Translations under genes and position numbers: made by a program
Origin: Takakia lepidozioides
Taxonomy: Eukaryota; Plantae; Bryophyta
Length of the DNA stretch: 64,000 nt
Reading direction: 5' to 3'
Assembly: GCA_030704615.1 (NCBI GenBank)
Contig: CM060732.1
Span: 10,974,001 to 11,038,000 of the forward strand
Shown here: positions 36,142 to 47,935 of the stretch, one piece after another
Numbering within the stretch: position 1 is the stretch's first letter
Layout of the letters: each line of letters begins with the position of its first letter
The notes under the pieces: generated by a model
The model's database searches: none
The model's input: only the letters and a program-made list of their open reading frames with translations
Told to the model about the DNA's origin: nothing

Positions 36142-39100
36142 TGTGAGCCGGATGAGTCAAACCTATCCAGACATGAAAGCGAGTAACAACAAGTGATAAA
36201 GTTATGAAAGCACCCCTCTTAAAAAACAATAGTTTGTTCTAGCTACCCACAAATCTTTAAGTATGAATGTCACAAACACTACAACAATGAACAAGAATTA
36301 TGTGCATAGTTCATGTTGACTAAGAAGATGAGTTGTATTAATATCTCTTTGATATCTATTTAAGAAGAACTTGAAATAGTTCAAAGTGTACGGTTTTAGA
36401 CCCCAATCTAAAATTAACTTATTTTAGCACTTAATTTTGAATACTTCTAACTTTAACACTTTTTTAATATGCAATTGTCTCTTGCTTTTGTAAATTGAGA
36501 AAAGTAGTATGCACCATGCACATTCTAGACAAATAAGTACTAAACCATTGATGTAAATATCGTATATATGAAATTTTATTTGTATCATTGACATGTTGGG
36601 TTGACAAGAGGCATCTCCATAGTTCCTCAATCATCCTTGAGCTCCACATATATCAAACCAGAGCTGTATTGCTGCTCCACATGGCATCAACTATTGCATC
36701 TTATATAACGAGTCTTTATGACCACATTACATATGTTTGTACTTATTATACACCATAAGCAACTTACGCAACTTATTTTTACTTCTTAGATGTGGACTCT
36801 TGCCATTTCATGTATCAAATCAGCCACCTTTAAGCAAGACCATAGTATAAGTTATTAATACAACATATGATGATTCAGACAAGTATGGTAGTGTCATGTC
36901 TATCTATAGGATGTCAAATAAAATCATAAGCTAAGTCGAGAGACATGAGAGAAACAAGCAAAGATGAATCGGTCAACTTGATCAAGTTAATTGTTATCGC
37001 CTCAAAATAGCTATCACCTTATTGATATTCAGCAACTCTGTCCAATTAATAGATGTATTTGACTCATGATGTGTCCAGTTCAATATAAACTTCATAATTG
37101 GATTGCCCAATTATGTGATATTGCCCAACAGTTCAAAGAAAAAGAATAAATTATTGGGCAAATTTTTGTCCAACCGTATAAGAGGCTACAGTACAAGAAG
37201 ACAAAAAATGGAGAATTTTGTAATGTTCTTAAAAAAGTTGAAATTGTAGTGCTGTAGTCAAATGCTTTCAATCGGCTGCAGAGCAAACCCCTTCCATCAT
37301 GAAATCTCTAATGAGTTGGGAATGGGAGAAATATTGTGGAGGAGGTTATGTGTATCTAATGTCACATACCTATCTGATTAATTAGAAAATGGAGCTGGAT
37401 TCTTGGTGCCATATATTAGACTTGCTGTCCAGTTTGCTGCTCTACTTTGTATGTGTATTCTTTGTCTTCCTCTTCTTTTCTTCTATCCTGTTTCTTTCGC
37501 CCAACTTTATCACTTTTGTTTTGCCATTCTAGCTTAATAATGATTCGGAGGTGGTTCGACAACTATCTAACACATTTTCTTGTAGCTAATGTTTGTTCAA
37601 GTGCTTTATGTAAGAGCAATTGTTTATCAGTTATGTCTTCGCTGTTGTGTAGGTGTGGAGTATGTGAGGGAGTGGACGTGTTGGGTAGTATTGCTGCATA
37701 TTGCTTTTTTCAGAGGTTGCAGTGGCAGCGGCAGCATACGCCTCTTGCAGCCGGCCTCACCTATACTTTGTGGTGATATGAAGGTTGGAAGAGACGAGCA
37801 ATGCAAAACTTCCATGGCAAATTGAAGGAGGTGGTACAATTCCTTGGTTGACAGCAGTCAGCAAGAGAGATTGTGATGTGTATCAATACAGATCGCATTC
37901 ATGTCTCTAAAGAATAATTGTTCTTGCAGTAAAGGATCTAAGAGGTCTTGTATATGTACCATTCTAGGTTTCTCATCAAGCTTTATAATATATTATGAAG
38001 CCAAACTTCTCAAATTGGCTTATCAAATCCCCTTAAACAGTCTTCGAGGAACAATAGGCAAGGTGACCATTTAGTTTATGAACATCTTTTGAAAAGTCGA
38101 ACATGAAGTGATGCGAGAAAAGAGAGAGTAGGTCACTCTTCCCTGTTGTCTTCAACAATATGAGCACGTGATGAAGCTGTTTAATTCCTTTGCAAAGCAA
38201 CTTAAAAGAAAGTGATGTGAGGTTAGAAACATGATGTACTCAGGTTTGGTGTGCCCTTTTATTGATCGGAGAATTGTAGGGTCGTTTCTGCTGGTGACAT
38301 TCAGGACAAGAAATTTAGGGACGGATGTTATGTGTTATATAGTGTCTTCCTTCCTCTCTTAGCTTTTTGATCTGTCCCATGCCAGGTTGGGAAATTTCAA
38401 CAGATGATGCCACCTATTTGACTTCCCCCTACGCAAAGGCTCCAAACGGGACTCCTGCATCATCCCCCTCATCTTTCCCTCCAGCTTTTCTCTACGTAAA
38501 TGCTAGAAAGGGATTGCTGGCTCCAAAGGGATTTTTCAAGGGTTTTGTAATTTTCCTTTGTCAAGGGTCTCCAACGAGGGAAAAACCCGTCATACCCTCT
38601 TTGCCTGAGAGCTTTCATACTCGCAACAAACGTCTTAAGAGTACATACAATCTAGAGTAGTTCTTGTCGTCAATCAGCTTTACATTCTATACACAGTGTG
38701 CTGTGCCCCTGAGTCACTCTTCTGCCTACCGTATAAGTTTCGGTGACTCACTCTTTTGTTTGCCTCCTCCCGAATGAATCCACTGTTAATTACTCACAAA
38801 ACGAGGAGAATTGGAGGAGAATGTAGGCCTATGTCCGATTGATACCAACCTACACCAAGCACAGGGCGAGCCTTCTTAGTAACCACGCAAAGCTTGCAAG
38901 AGGAAACAAGCAGTATTATCACAGTCCTCGCCTCAGAGCGACATGAGCATTTCGTTGCGAGGCCGATGCAGCCCACAAAATCGTCACTTCACATTTTAAC
39001 AACACCTCAGGATGCCTGCAGTGGTAGGATTTTGCATTTTATGTTGGAAAAATATAGCCAGATATTTATCCCATATCGATTGTAGACATCTTGATGGATG

Positions 39101-40236
39101 AGTCCTATATAAGCCTTGCCTTCCGATCGTTGGCACACACGCCATGCTGCTATGCGCAGAGCGAAATACTCTTACGCCCTTTCCTAAGGAATGCCGTGCG
39201 CATGGTGCAAATAGTGGCATACCCCAACTTTTATGCTGGCTCCTCAACCGGGGCCTTCCAATGGAACCTAAATAGGACAGGAGGTCTACACCAGATGTTC
39301 TCCATTGCTATCCATATGAGATATACTAAAGAAGAATGAAATGTTGTGTTCGGTCTCAGATTCGAGCTAAGGATATGTACTCTCTCCTGCGTTCAGACTT
39401 TCAGACCTGCGTACCATTGTGACATGTCTCAGGTTCATGGGCCGAGTTGGTGGCGCCGATGTAATTCAAAAGATATCGCTTCCTTGACAAGAGGAAGACC
39501 ACAAAACTATGGGCAGAGACAAAAGAGAAAGCTAGGAACAGGAGCTGCATACGGAGAGGAGACAAATCGCTAACAATCCTTCTAGCGTTGCTTATGCATC
39601 CCGACATAATCAGTGCAGCGAAATAAGATCTTTCAATAGACGAAGTGAAATCCCACACTAATCAAACACACTTCACCTACCTAAGAATTCTACCTTTCTC
39701 TTCAAATTCATTTCTTTGAGAGGAATTCTGGACCAGAGGCGAGGAAATATCAACCTCACTCAAGTCCTAGTAGAGTTTGGAAGTGCAAGAAGGCATGAAA
39801 TGTAACACTGTAGATTATCAGTAGTCAACAGATATGTGGAATTTTCAGCGTAAGATAGATCTTTTGCTTTTACATGGTTCCTCAAACCCAGATTCACTGT
39901 TGCAATCTCCCCAACTTCAGCCTCAGCGCGTTGACATGATCAGGAGATTTAGTTATCTATCAACTTGCCGCTAGTCCAGACCAGTTAAGCATGTGTGCTT
40001 TGAGGGCCCTTTCATTGTCAAGTATGTGGGCATAGAGATACTTGATTAGCTGGGATTATATTGTTGGTCAATTTTTACGAAGCAGGGTTTGCCTGGAGAA
40101 CCCAAAATTGTGCATGGGGGACAGGTAAACAACTCTGGACAAATACATGCTGCAAATGTATTGACAAGTGATCCATAAAAGTGTAGGGTGGGTAGCGTGT
40201 GCTCCCCTGTTACTACTGGAGCGATAACAAACACAT

Positions 40237-40311
40237 GTTAGTGCTCCTCCGCTCCCCTGTTATGCTCATCTGTTACTGCTCCCCTGCTCCCCCGTGTGGT
40301 AACAGGTTATC

Positions 40312-40343
<32 letters not shown>

Positions 40344-40417
40344 AGTGCTCCTCCGCTCCCCTGTTATGCTCATCTGTTACTGCTCCCCTGCTCCCCCGTG
40401 TGGTAACAGGTTATCGC

Positions 40418-40466
<49 letters not shown>
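40237..40466. repeat. Duplicated ~80-bp unit, each copy followed by a (GA)n tract
   Basis: gttagtgctcctccgctcccctg...aacaggttatcgc at 40237 and 40341. Confidence 0.9.
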
Positions 40467-40470
<4 letters not shown>

Positions 40471-40569
40471 AAGCCTGATGGATACATTCCTCACCCTGGC
40501 CAACAGGGGAGTCATTCATCCAAAACACCAAAGTTAGAAAAATTGGTCTGCGACTCATTTCACATTTCC

Positions 40570-43137
40570 TCACCAGTAATCACCACAAGAACACACCCCA
40601 TTCTTAAAGTGATGGAAGCGATTGGCATCCCTTGCAACAATCTCTCGCCCAACAAGCTTGGAGATGAATTTGGTGGCGGTGTGACAATCACCACATACCC
40701 GAAGGTTCTTGATTATGCGGATAGGTGTCCCAGGAGATGTGCTGATGAGCCCAAAAGCAAGGGCCAGCTTTTCGCTGTGGTGGCAGACAGCTTGTTGCTT
40801 TGTATGTTGATCCAAATCATATAAGACAAATTGCGTGTCAGGTACATATCCGGCCTCCTTCATCTGTCTAGTCAATCTGTCCAACTCAGCATAGATCTCC
40901 TCAGTTTGTGGGTGCGTTGTATCTTCTACAACAAATGTGTGTATCCTATTATTGACCTCAATCCAGCTGCACCCTGGCTCCTTTTGCACACCTCTGTCCT
41001 GCATTTCTTTCCGGACCTTTGCTACATCATCCCACTTCCCAGCTGCAGCATAAATGTTTGAAAGCAGCACATACACTCCAGCATTTTCTGGTTCCATATT
41101 GAGAATACATTTTGCGGCCCGTTCTGCAAGCTCAACATTGCCATGGATTCTGCAACCACCAAGCAAGGCTCCCCATTGTACAGCACTTGGTTCAAATGGC
41201 ATTTTGTTGATAAGGTCCTCTGCCTCATCCAACCGCCCTACGCGGCCAAGAACATCAATCATGAGGCCATAGTGCTTTTCTTCTGGAGTAATGCCATGAT
41301 CACGACTCATAGAGAGGAAGAAATGACGGGCTTCATCCACTAGACCCACATGGCTGCATGCAGCAAGGGCACCAATGAAGGTGACCTCGTTTGGCTTCAC
41401 CTGTTCCTGCTGCATTTGGTCGAATAGTTGGAGGGCCTCTTTGCCATACCCATGCTGAGCATATCCTATAATCATTGCATTCCACGAGACCACATCTTGT
41501 TCAAGAATCTTGTCAAATACTTGCCAAGCATCGTCGAGGTCTCCACATTTGGCATACATGTCAACAAGGGCATTCTGCACCCAGACATCTGATTCTGATC
41601 CCAATTTGCTAATTTGGGCATGGATCAACTTGCCCTCTTCAAGGGCTGCGAGGCTGGCACATGCACTTAGGATGCTAATGAAAGTGACCTTGTTTGGCTT
41701 CATACCTTCTTGTTGCATCTGCTGAAAACTTTTTAAAGCCTCCTCACTATGACCATGCTGAGCACATCCTGCAATCAATGCATTCCATGAGATCAAATCT
41801 CTCTTGGGCATCAAATCAAACATGCGGCGTGCATATACCACACTCCCGCATTTGCAATACATGCTGACAAGGGCAGTGCACACCCGGACGTCCAACCCAA
41901 ACCCAGCATTGATGCTACTCGTATGCAGTCGCTTGCCTTGTTCCAGAGCTGCTGGGCTGGCGCAAGCGTTGAGGGTGCTGATGAAAGTGACATTGTCTGC
42001 CTTAATTCCTTCTCCTTGCATTTGATAGAACAGTTCTATAGCCTCCTCACAATGACCATGCTGAGCATATCCTGCAATCATTGCATTCCAAGAGATGACA
42101 TCTCGCTTAGGCATTTTGTCAAATACTTGCCGTGCATCCACCAGACTCCCACACTTGCAGTACATGCTGAGAACGGCAGTCCCCACTCGCACATCCGACT
42201 CGAATCCAGCACTAATGATGCCTGCATGCAGTCGCTTGCCCTGTTCCAAAGCTGCTGGGACCGCACAGGCATTGAGAATGCTAAAGAAAGTGACCACATT
42301 TCGTTCAGGCATTTTGTCAAACACTTGGCACGCATCCTCCACACTCCCGCATCTGGAATACATGCTGATTAGGGCAGTCCCCACTCGGACATCGAGCTCC
42401 CTTCCAGCTTTGATGATGTCAGCGTGGAGCCGCTTCCCTTGTTCCAGGGCTGCTGGGTTGGCACATGAATGGAGGACACTCATGAAGGTGATATCATTTG
42501 GTTTGATACCATCCCGTTGCATTCGCTGAAATACTGTAAACGCCTCTTCACCCAGACCTTGCTGAGCTAATCCAGCAATCAGTGCATTCCATGAGATCAC
42601 ATCTCGCTCAGGCATTTGTTCGAACACTCGCCGCGCATCGACCACACTTCCGCACTTGCAGTACATGCTTACAAGGATATTTGCTAAGTAGATGTCAGGC
42701 TCAAATCTACTTTTTATGATGTGGGCATGGATAGCCTTGCCACTTGCCAGGGATTTCGTCTTAGAACACCCCCTCAAGAGCCAGGCACAGGTATCAGAAT
42801 ATGGCACAAACCCTTTTGGCTCCATCACGTCCAAAATGTGCGCTGCCTCCTGCATTTGTTCCTCCCTGTACGCAGTCCTCACATCCCCACGAGTTCCAAA
42901 AGTGTCCTTGTTTCCTCCCTCCCTCTCTAATCGTTGTATTCGCTCTGCACTAGAAGCAGTGGTGATGGAGACCATGTCAAGACTAACAACGCTGTCACGG
43001 TACTGATGCCCAGCAAACAACTGGGTCGGATTCCAACCGTCAAATCCCCCTGACCTTCCTAAAAATGATACAAATTGCCTTGAACACGGTGTCGCATGCA
43101 TTGAGGTATCTGTGTGGAGAGGCATATCGAGGTTCAT
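40570..43137 (-). CDS. PLS-class PPR protein with E1/E2 and DYW (PG-type) deaminase domain; organellar C-to-U editing factor
   Basis: 855-aa single ORF: P-L-S triplets, PGCSW box, HSEKLA, CGDCH, terminal CSCGDYW. Confidence 0.96.
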   Translation of the reverse strand: MNLDMPLHTDTSMHATPCSRQFVSFLGRSGGFDGWNPTQLFAGHQYRDSVVSLDMVSITTASSAERIQRLEREGGNKDTFGTRGDVRTAYREEQMQEAAHILDVMEPKGFVPYSDTCAWLLRGCSKTKSLASGKAIHAHIIKSRFEPDIYLANILVSMYCKCGSVVDARRVFEQMPERDVISWNALIAGLAQQGLGEEAFTVFQRMQRDGIKPNDITFMSVLHSCANPAALEQGKRLHADIIKAGRELDVRVGTALISMYSRCGSVEDACQVFDKMPERNVVTFFSILNACAVPAALEQGKRLHAGIISAGFESDVRVGTAVLSMYCKCGSLVDARQVFDKMPKRDVISWNAMIAGYAQHGHCEEAIELFYQMQGEGIKADNVTFISTLNACASPAALEQGKRLHTSSINAGFGLDVRVCTALVSMYCKCGSVVYARRMFDLMPKRDLISWNALIAGCAQHGHSEEALKSFQQMQQEGMKPNKVTFISILSACASLAALEEGKLIHAQISKLGSESDVWVQNALVDMYAKCGDLDDAWQVFDKILEQDVVSWNAMIIGYAQHGYGKEALQLFDQMQQEQVKPNEVTFIGALAACSHVGLVDEARHFFLSMSRDHGITPEEKHYGLMIDVLGRVGRLDEAEDLINKMPFEPSAVQWGALLGGCRIHGNVELAERAAKCILNMEPENAGVYVLLSNIYAAAGKWDDVAKVRKEMQDRGVQKEPGCSWIEVNNRIHTFVVEDTTHPQTEEIYAELDRLTRQMKEAGYVPDTQFVLYDLDQHTKQQAVCHHSEKLALAFGLISTSPGTPIRIIKNLRVCGDCHTATKFISKLVGREIVARDANRFHHFKNGVCSCGDYW

Positions 43138-44316
43138 CTTGATTACTCGGAAGCCTGGTACACTGCGCAGATACCATTAGCGTCTGTTCCCTTGAGCTGG
43201 ATCATTGAAAATGGCAAGTTCCAATTATGAGAAGGACTAGTGACCCAAGCTTTTCCAAGGCAGCAGGGATCGCACATCGTTGATGTCCCTCAGTCATCTA
43301 CTTTATTTTCGCGTTTGATCTATACCGCAAAGAGAGAGGCGGGATAGAAATGGTCGCCAATAGAAGTGGATGAAGAACTTTGAACACGTGGGCTTCAATA
43401 CAGGGCCGCTTTAAAGTGACACCCCAACTCATCAGACTCATCAGAATCAGAAGGTAAACTGTAAGTTGACGTGGGAGGATCTGCTAAGTAGTGATGAAGT
43501 TGAGCTGTCTTTGGCTGTCTTAGTTGAGCTGTCTTAGTTGAGCATCAGTCCACCTGTGAGCAGTTGACACTGATACATTCATCTTCTGCCATGGTATATA
43601 ATCTGTAGTGTGTTTGTTTTATTCCACCAACGAGTTGCATTGATCAGTGAGTTTTAGTGCTGGATCTGAGTCAAAAGGACCTGCAGTGTTAGACCAGTGC
43701 AGTGGTGAAGGCAGATGCAGAGGGCCGAGGAAGAATCCGGTTACTGACAAATCTGGTAGCTGCATCATTGTGCACACTCATGGTTTAAGGGAGCAGTCAG
43801 TTTCTTTATGAAGCCCTAGCTGCCAAGTACAATTCAGAATACTAGAACTTTGTGATGACACACTTCCAGCTGTTTCAACTCACTTTGAACACTCACTGCG
43901 TTCATTTTCCCATGGAGGGTTTACTCCCTGCAAAACCTCCTAAAACTACTTACAACGCAATATTCCCCGTGGCCAGCCTTATGACCTCCGAGTGGAGATC
44001 TGCTGGGATTCTCCCTTATTTGAGTGACCCCTTATTCAAAGAGAAGGATTTGAATCTCCTAACAAAGCTGATCAATTGAATTGAAGAAGCTTCCAGAATC
44101 ATTCCATCGGTTATTCAACTACAGCTAGAGAGCAAAATTTGTGGAATGAAATCTTAGTCATGCTCTGTTCCACCAAGTGTCAGGGAAGCAGCAACGACAA
44201 CAAAACGACCCTTTTTGCTACATAGAACTTGGTTGCCTCGCCAATCCCAGCAGCACTAGACTTACTCTTGGTCAAATTGCACACTTCCTTGACAAATCTC
44301 ATGGAAAAGGGGCGTA

Positions 44317-46801
44317 TCACTCGAGCAGTCTTAAGAATACAGAGCAAGCTGCAATTTTTACACGGATATCAGCCTCATCAATATCATGGCCCCCTTCCAC
44401 ATAACCCCAGGCCTCAACCTGCAAGTATCAACCACCCGTCAATCCCAAATGTCAATATATGAAAGCTAGCTATTTCCTAGCTAACTTCACACTAGTGGTA
44501 AAATAACTTGACAGGTCTGTTTGATACTTTCAAACAGGCCTCAAATTTAATAGATAGCCCATTAGAATTCAGATGGTCTTTGTTATCATCACAATCATAT
44601 GCAGAGATTGGATGTGCATTTCTGTTTTCCAGCTGGGTTAACTTCAGAGAAAAAAGTAATTAGGGTATCTGCACAAAAAAGATCTAGCGTGCCCTGGGCC
44701 CTTCAGGCTTCCCATTTTGAAGACATTTTCCATGAAACCTTGTATGGAGGTTGGTGCTACTCCGAATTTAATCGCATGCCTATTGTCCAACCATGAGCTT
44801 TAGATAGTCCTCTAGTTCCAATCATCCTCCGGCTTGTTCATTTGAAGTAGCTTTTTCTTTTCTGTGGCCTTACTGGTCTAAGTCCATCACTCCTTCAGCA
44901 GCCAGCCCAAGCCCAAGGCGCAATCCCTGGCTTTCGCCTTTCTACTTTACTAGCGCTCAGATTCTTGATTGAAGGTACAGGAAAAGACATCAAGAAGTAC
45001 TTAAGAACTAAGACAGATATTGAGATGGCACCTGGTGATTTTCCTCGAGCCGAATGACCTTAATTGCTTCCTCAATGCTCAGATGCCCACGAGCTATAGC
45101 CAAAGCTACTACCAGCGAGCGTGCAGTCCCTGACAACCAGTCGATTGCTGCCAGGTGCCAGTCACTACATTTGCGCAGCTCTTTCTCCATGGCATCCAAC
45201 ACGTGTTGGGGTTGGGTTGTACCAAAGATACTTGAAGTAACCACTGGCCGTGCACCTACCTCCCCCTCCACCCAGTCGATCAGTGGGTCCCAAACCTTGA
45301 CCTGCTTTCCTGCATATTTTCATGCAGCAATACAATAAAGCCATGATGATATGGTTCATCAGACGAGATCACATTGTTGCTTCTTCGGGCTTATAAACAT
45401 AATGACACATCTGACTTTGTTTGTAAGCTCAGGCCCCCTCGGCTTGCCTTTCTCAGCTCGACTCTCCCCAGGTTGAAAACCTGAGCATTTATTTGCAGTG
45501 TTTTTGGAACACAATTCTTCAGAGGACATTTCTCCTTTTGTAATACAAAGGGTCTGAAGCACTTTCTCTCAGCATGGCTAACTACTTCAGAAAGGGGGTG
45601 TGCTTAATGAGGGAATACTATTCAAGCCATCACTCAAATGGTAGTAGACAACCACATAGGTGCGGAAGTTTGGGAAAGTGGGGCCCTCAACAAGCATGCT
45701 GAGAACTATGAGAGAAAGAATTACAAGGGGAGAGATACAGAGCACACCCGCAAGAGGATCAGGCTCTGGAGCCCGAAGAAACAACGCATCGGTATGAAAG
45801 TACTTCAAAAGTGAGACAATGACTCTCTCCCGGTCCCTGGGAATTTGGTCCAAGGAGGTCGCAGCAAGCTTCATGAGAGGCATTGTGTAAGGCCGGATGC
45901 CACTGCTGTCCTGCCAAACATTTGGGTATTCAGTGCTATCTCTCCAATTCATCACAACATCTTTGGCAGCATCATTAGGGTTCAAAATTAGTAACTTGGA
46001 TATTAAACCCTACCCTGAATATACCAATAGCAAAACTAGTACAAATGGTCGATCCCACCACATCGAACCAATAGGAGGGAATGGGAAGAGGCACACAGAC
46101 AGTTGCGAGGGTGCAGGAGACAGGAGAGTCTGGATAACAGGAGAAAGGGGTGGGCTATGATACCTGTTTTTATACCTGAAAATGTGAAATATTGGATTAA
46201 CTAACTGTGAACAAAGATGGCAGGAAAGCCAGGTTGTGCAGATCCCAGAGTAGACATTGCGGAAAATTGCAGCAAAGCCGCCAAAAGGGCGGGAAGGATG
46301 TCTGAGACTCGAATTTCTCTCCAAAAGAAAACGCCAAACTCTCAATCTTGCAACAGATTCAGAGGCGGGTATGCATGCTACCTGCCATTCCCATTCAGAA
46401 GCTATAGCAAGTGCTACCGCCGCGTTGGGAACCTTCAAGGGTTTCTTTGCAGGGGTTTTAAGAGTTCGCTCGTCCAGCATGACCACGTAGCCCCCTCCAT
46501 CCTCTGCAGGCTTAATGTGCGCTTTCTTGTAGAATCGGCGGCCCATGGTTCCAGACGGGGTAAACCGAGGCACGCTTGGTACGTCTTCCTCAGTATTCGT
46601 TCCCGCAGTAGCAGCAAAACCTCTTATATTCGAAAGAAACAATCCGACCAAGGGGCTGCTCCTGTTGGGCATTCTGTTGGGCATTCGCTTAAACCCAACA
46701 TCCTCAAATTCTGCAACAATGGCTGCTTGATGGTGTGCAAGAGATGACCACAAACACGCCCCTTTCCGGTTGAGTATGCGTAATAAGCTGCCCCGTCCCA
46801 T
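44317..46801 (-). CDS. ATP12: Mitochondrial F1-ATPase assembly factor ATP12/ATPAF2, 4 exons
   Basis: Exons 46801-46382, 45910-45748, 45309-45032, 44418-44317. Motifs RRFYK, LDERTLKTP, AIASEWEWQ, IRPYTMPL, RLEE..Q..WGYVEGGHD; transit-peptide-like N-terminus. Confidence 0.92.
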
Positions 46802-47935
46802 ATCCTTCTTGAGCCGATATGATATATATCTCTCTCTGCGCTTGGCTTTTCACTTTCCTGGTGTTGTCTGTGTCGTGCATTCCATCACAGCTATCACAGC
46901 CACTCGCCCTGATCTTTCACCCTAAAAAATCTGTCTTTCCAAAGCTGTGAGGTACCCGGAAGTAGCCAAGGTCGTCTCCAATGATTCTAGAAGTGAACCC
47001 ATATCTCAGCCAACAGATACCATTATGTCGAATTATCAAGCGCCCCTATTCATTCTCGGAGCTGTTGTCCGAAGTAGAAGAAGGAGCCGCAGTTGCAGTC
47101 TGCAGCAACCAAGGTCATGAATAGGAACGCCCGATTCACAGAATAAAAACACACAAACAAAAAATGGACCTAAGAAGCGCCAACGCAGGACTGGAAGCCA
47201 AGAAAAAACAAGAAGAGCTCTAGAAAAACGAAGAGATCTGGTTAGGCTTGGTTTGGCAAGAGTCAACCGTCTGTTTACTCCGTTGGGGGAACAATGTGAA
47301 GTCAATTGAGCTTTTTAACGTTTATTTGCTTGCTCTTTTGGTGCCAGAGACGTTTCATGCAGCTTGCAAAATGGTCAACTATATACGAAGATCCTTTGAA
47401 GTATCTGGGTGGTAATGGAAATGCACAGGTGGGCCATCTGACATGTGACTAGCAATTGTGAATCCTCCTTATCAAAATGAATGAGAGCATCAGTGAGGCC
47501 CTTACTAGTTTCCTGAGACGAAGTTCCAAAATGACAGTCAAATGCCCATTGAAAACAATCCCCAAGCTTGCTTGCTGTCACACATACATCAACACATTAT
47601 TGTGTAAGCCGGATTGAAATTTGAAGTATACATCAACGGGATTCACTGAACAAGAACAAGCTGCAAGTATTTTCATTTTAGCGACGTCCATGCACTATTG
47701 AGTGCCAGGACAGCATTGGTTTGTGGCTGGATGCGTAGTGTAAAGTGTGAAGCACCACTATTCAATCACAAGCACCCAACTCAACTGAGATGACACTGCA
47801 ACACTTAATAGCCAGGCAGTCCAGGTTTCTAAATGTTCATTCTGCTGTATTTATTGGAAAGCAAGACAAATACATGGCTGATTAGAAAAAAAACTTCCAC
47901 ATCATTTGAGCTCTCACTTTCAATTTGTTGGTTTA

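Noticed and set aside
37300-39700. Protein-coding gene in scattered short ORFs
   Set aside because: No recognisable motif or consistent exon chain.
40570-41000. U-to-C (KP-type) DYW variant
   Set aside because: The PG box, HSEKLA and terminal DYW are canonical C-to-U type.
40831-43006. Antisense ORFs over the PPR gene (likewise over the LINE, HisRS and PKS)
   Set aside because: Expected shadow frames of real coding sequence, with no independent evidence.
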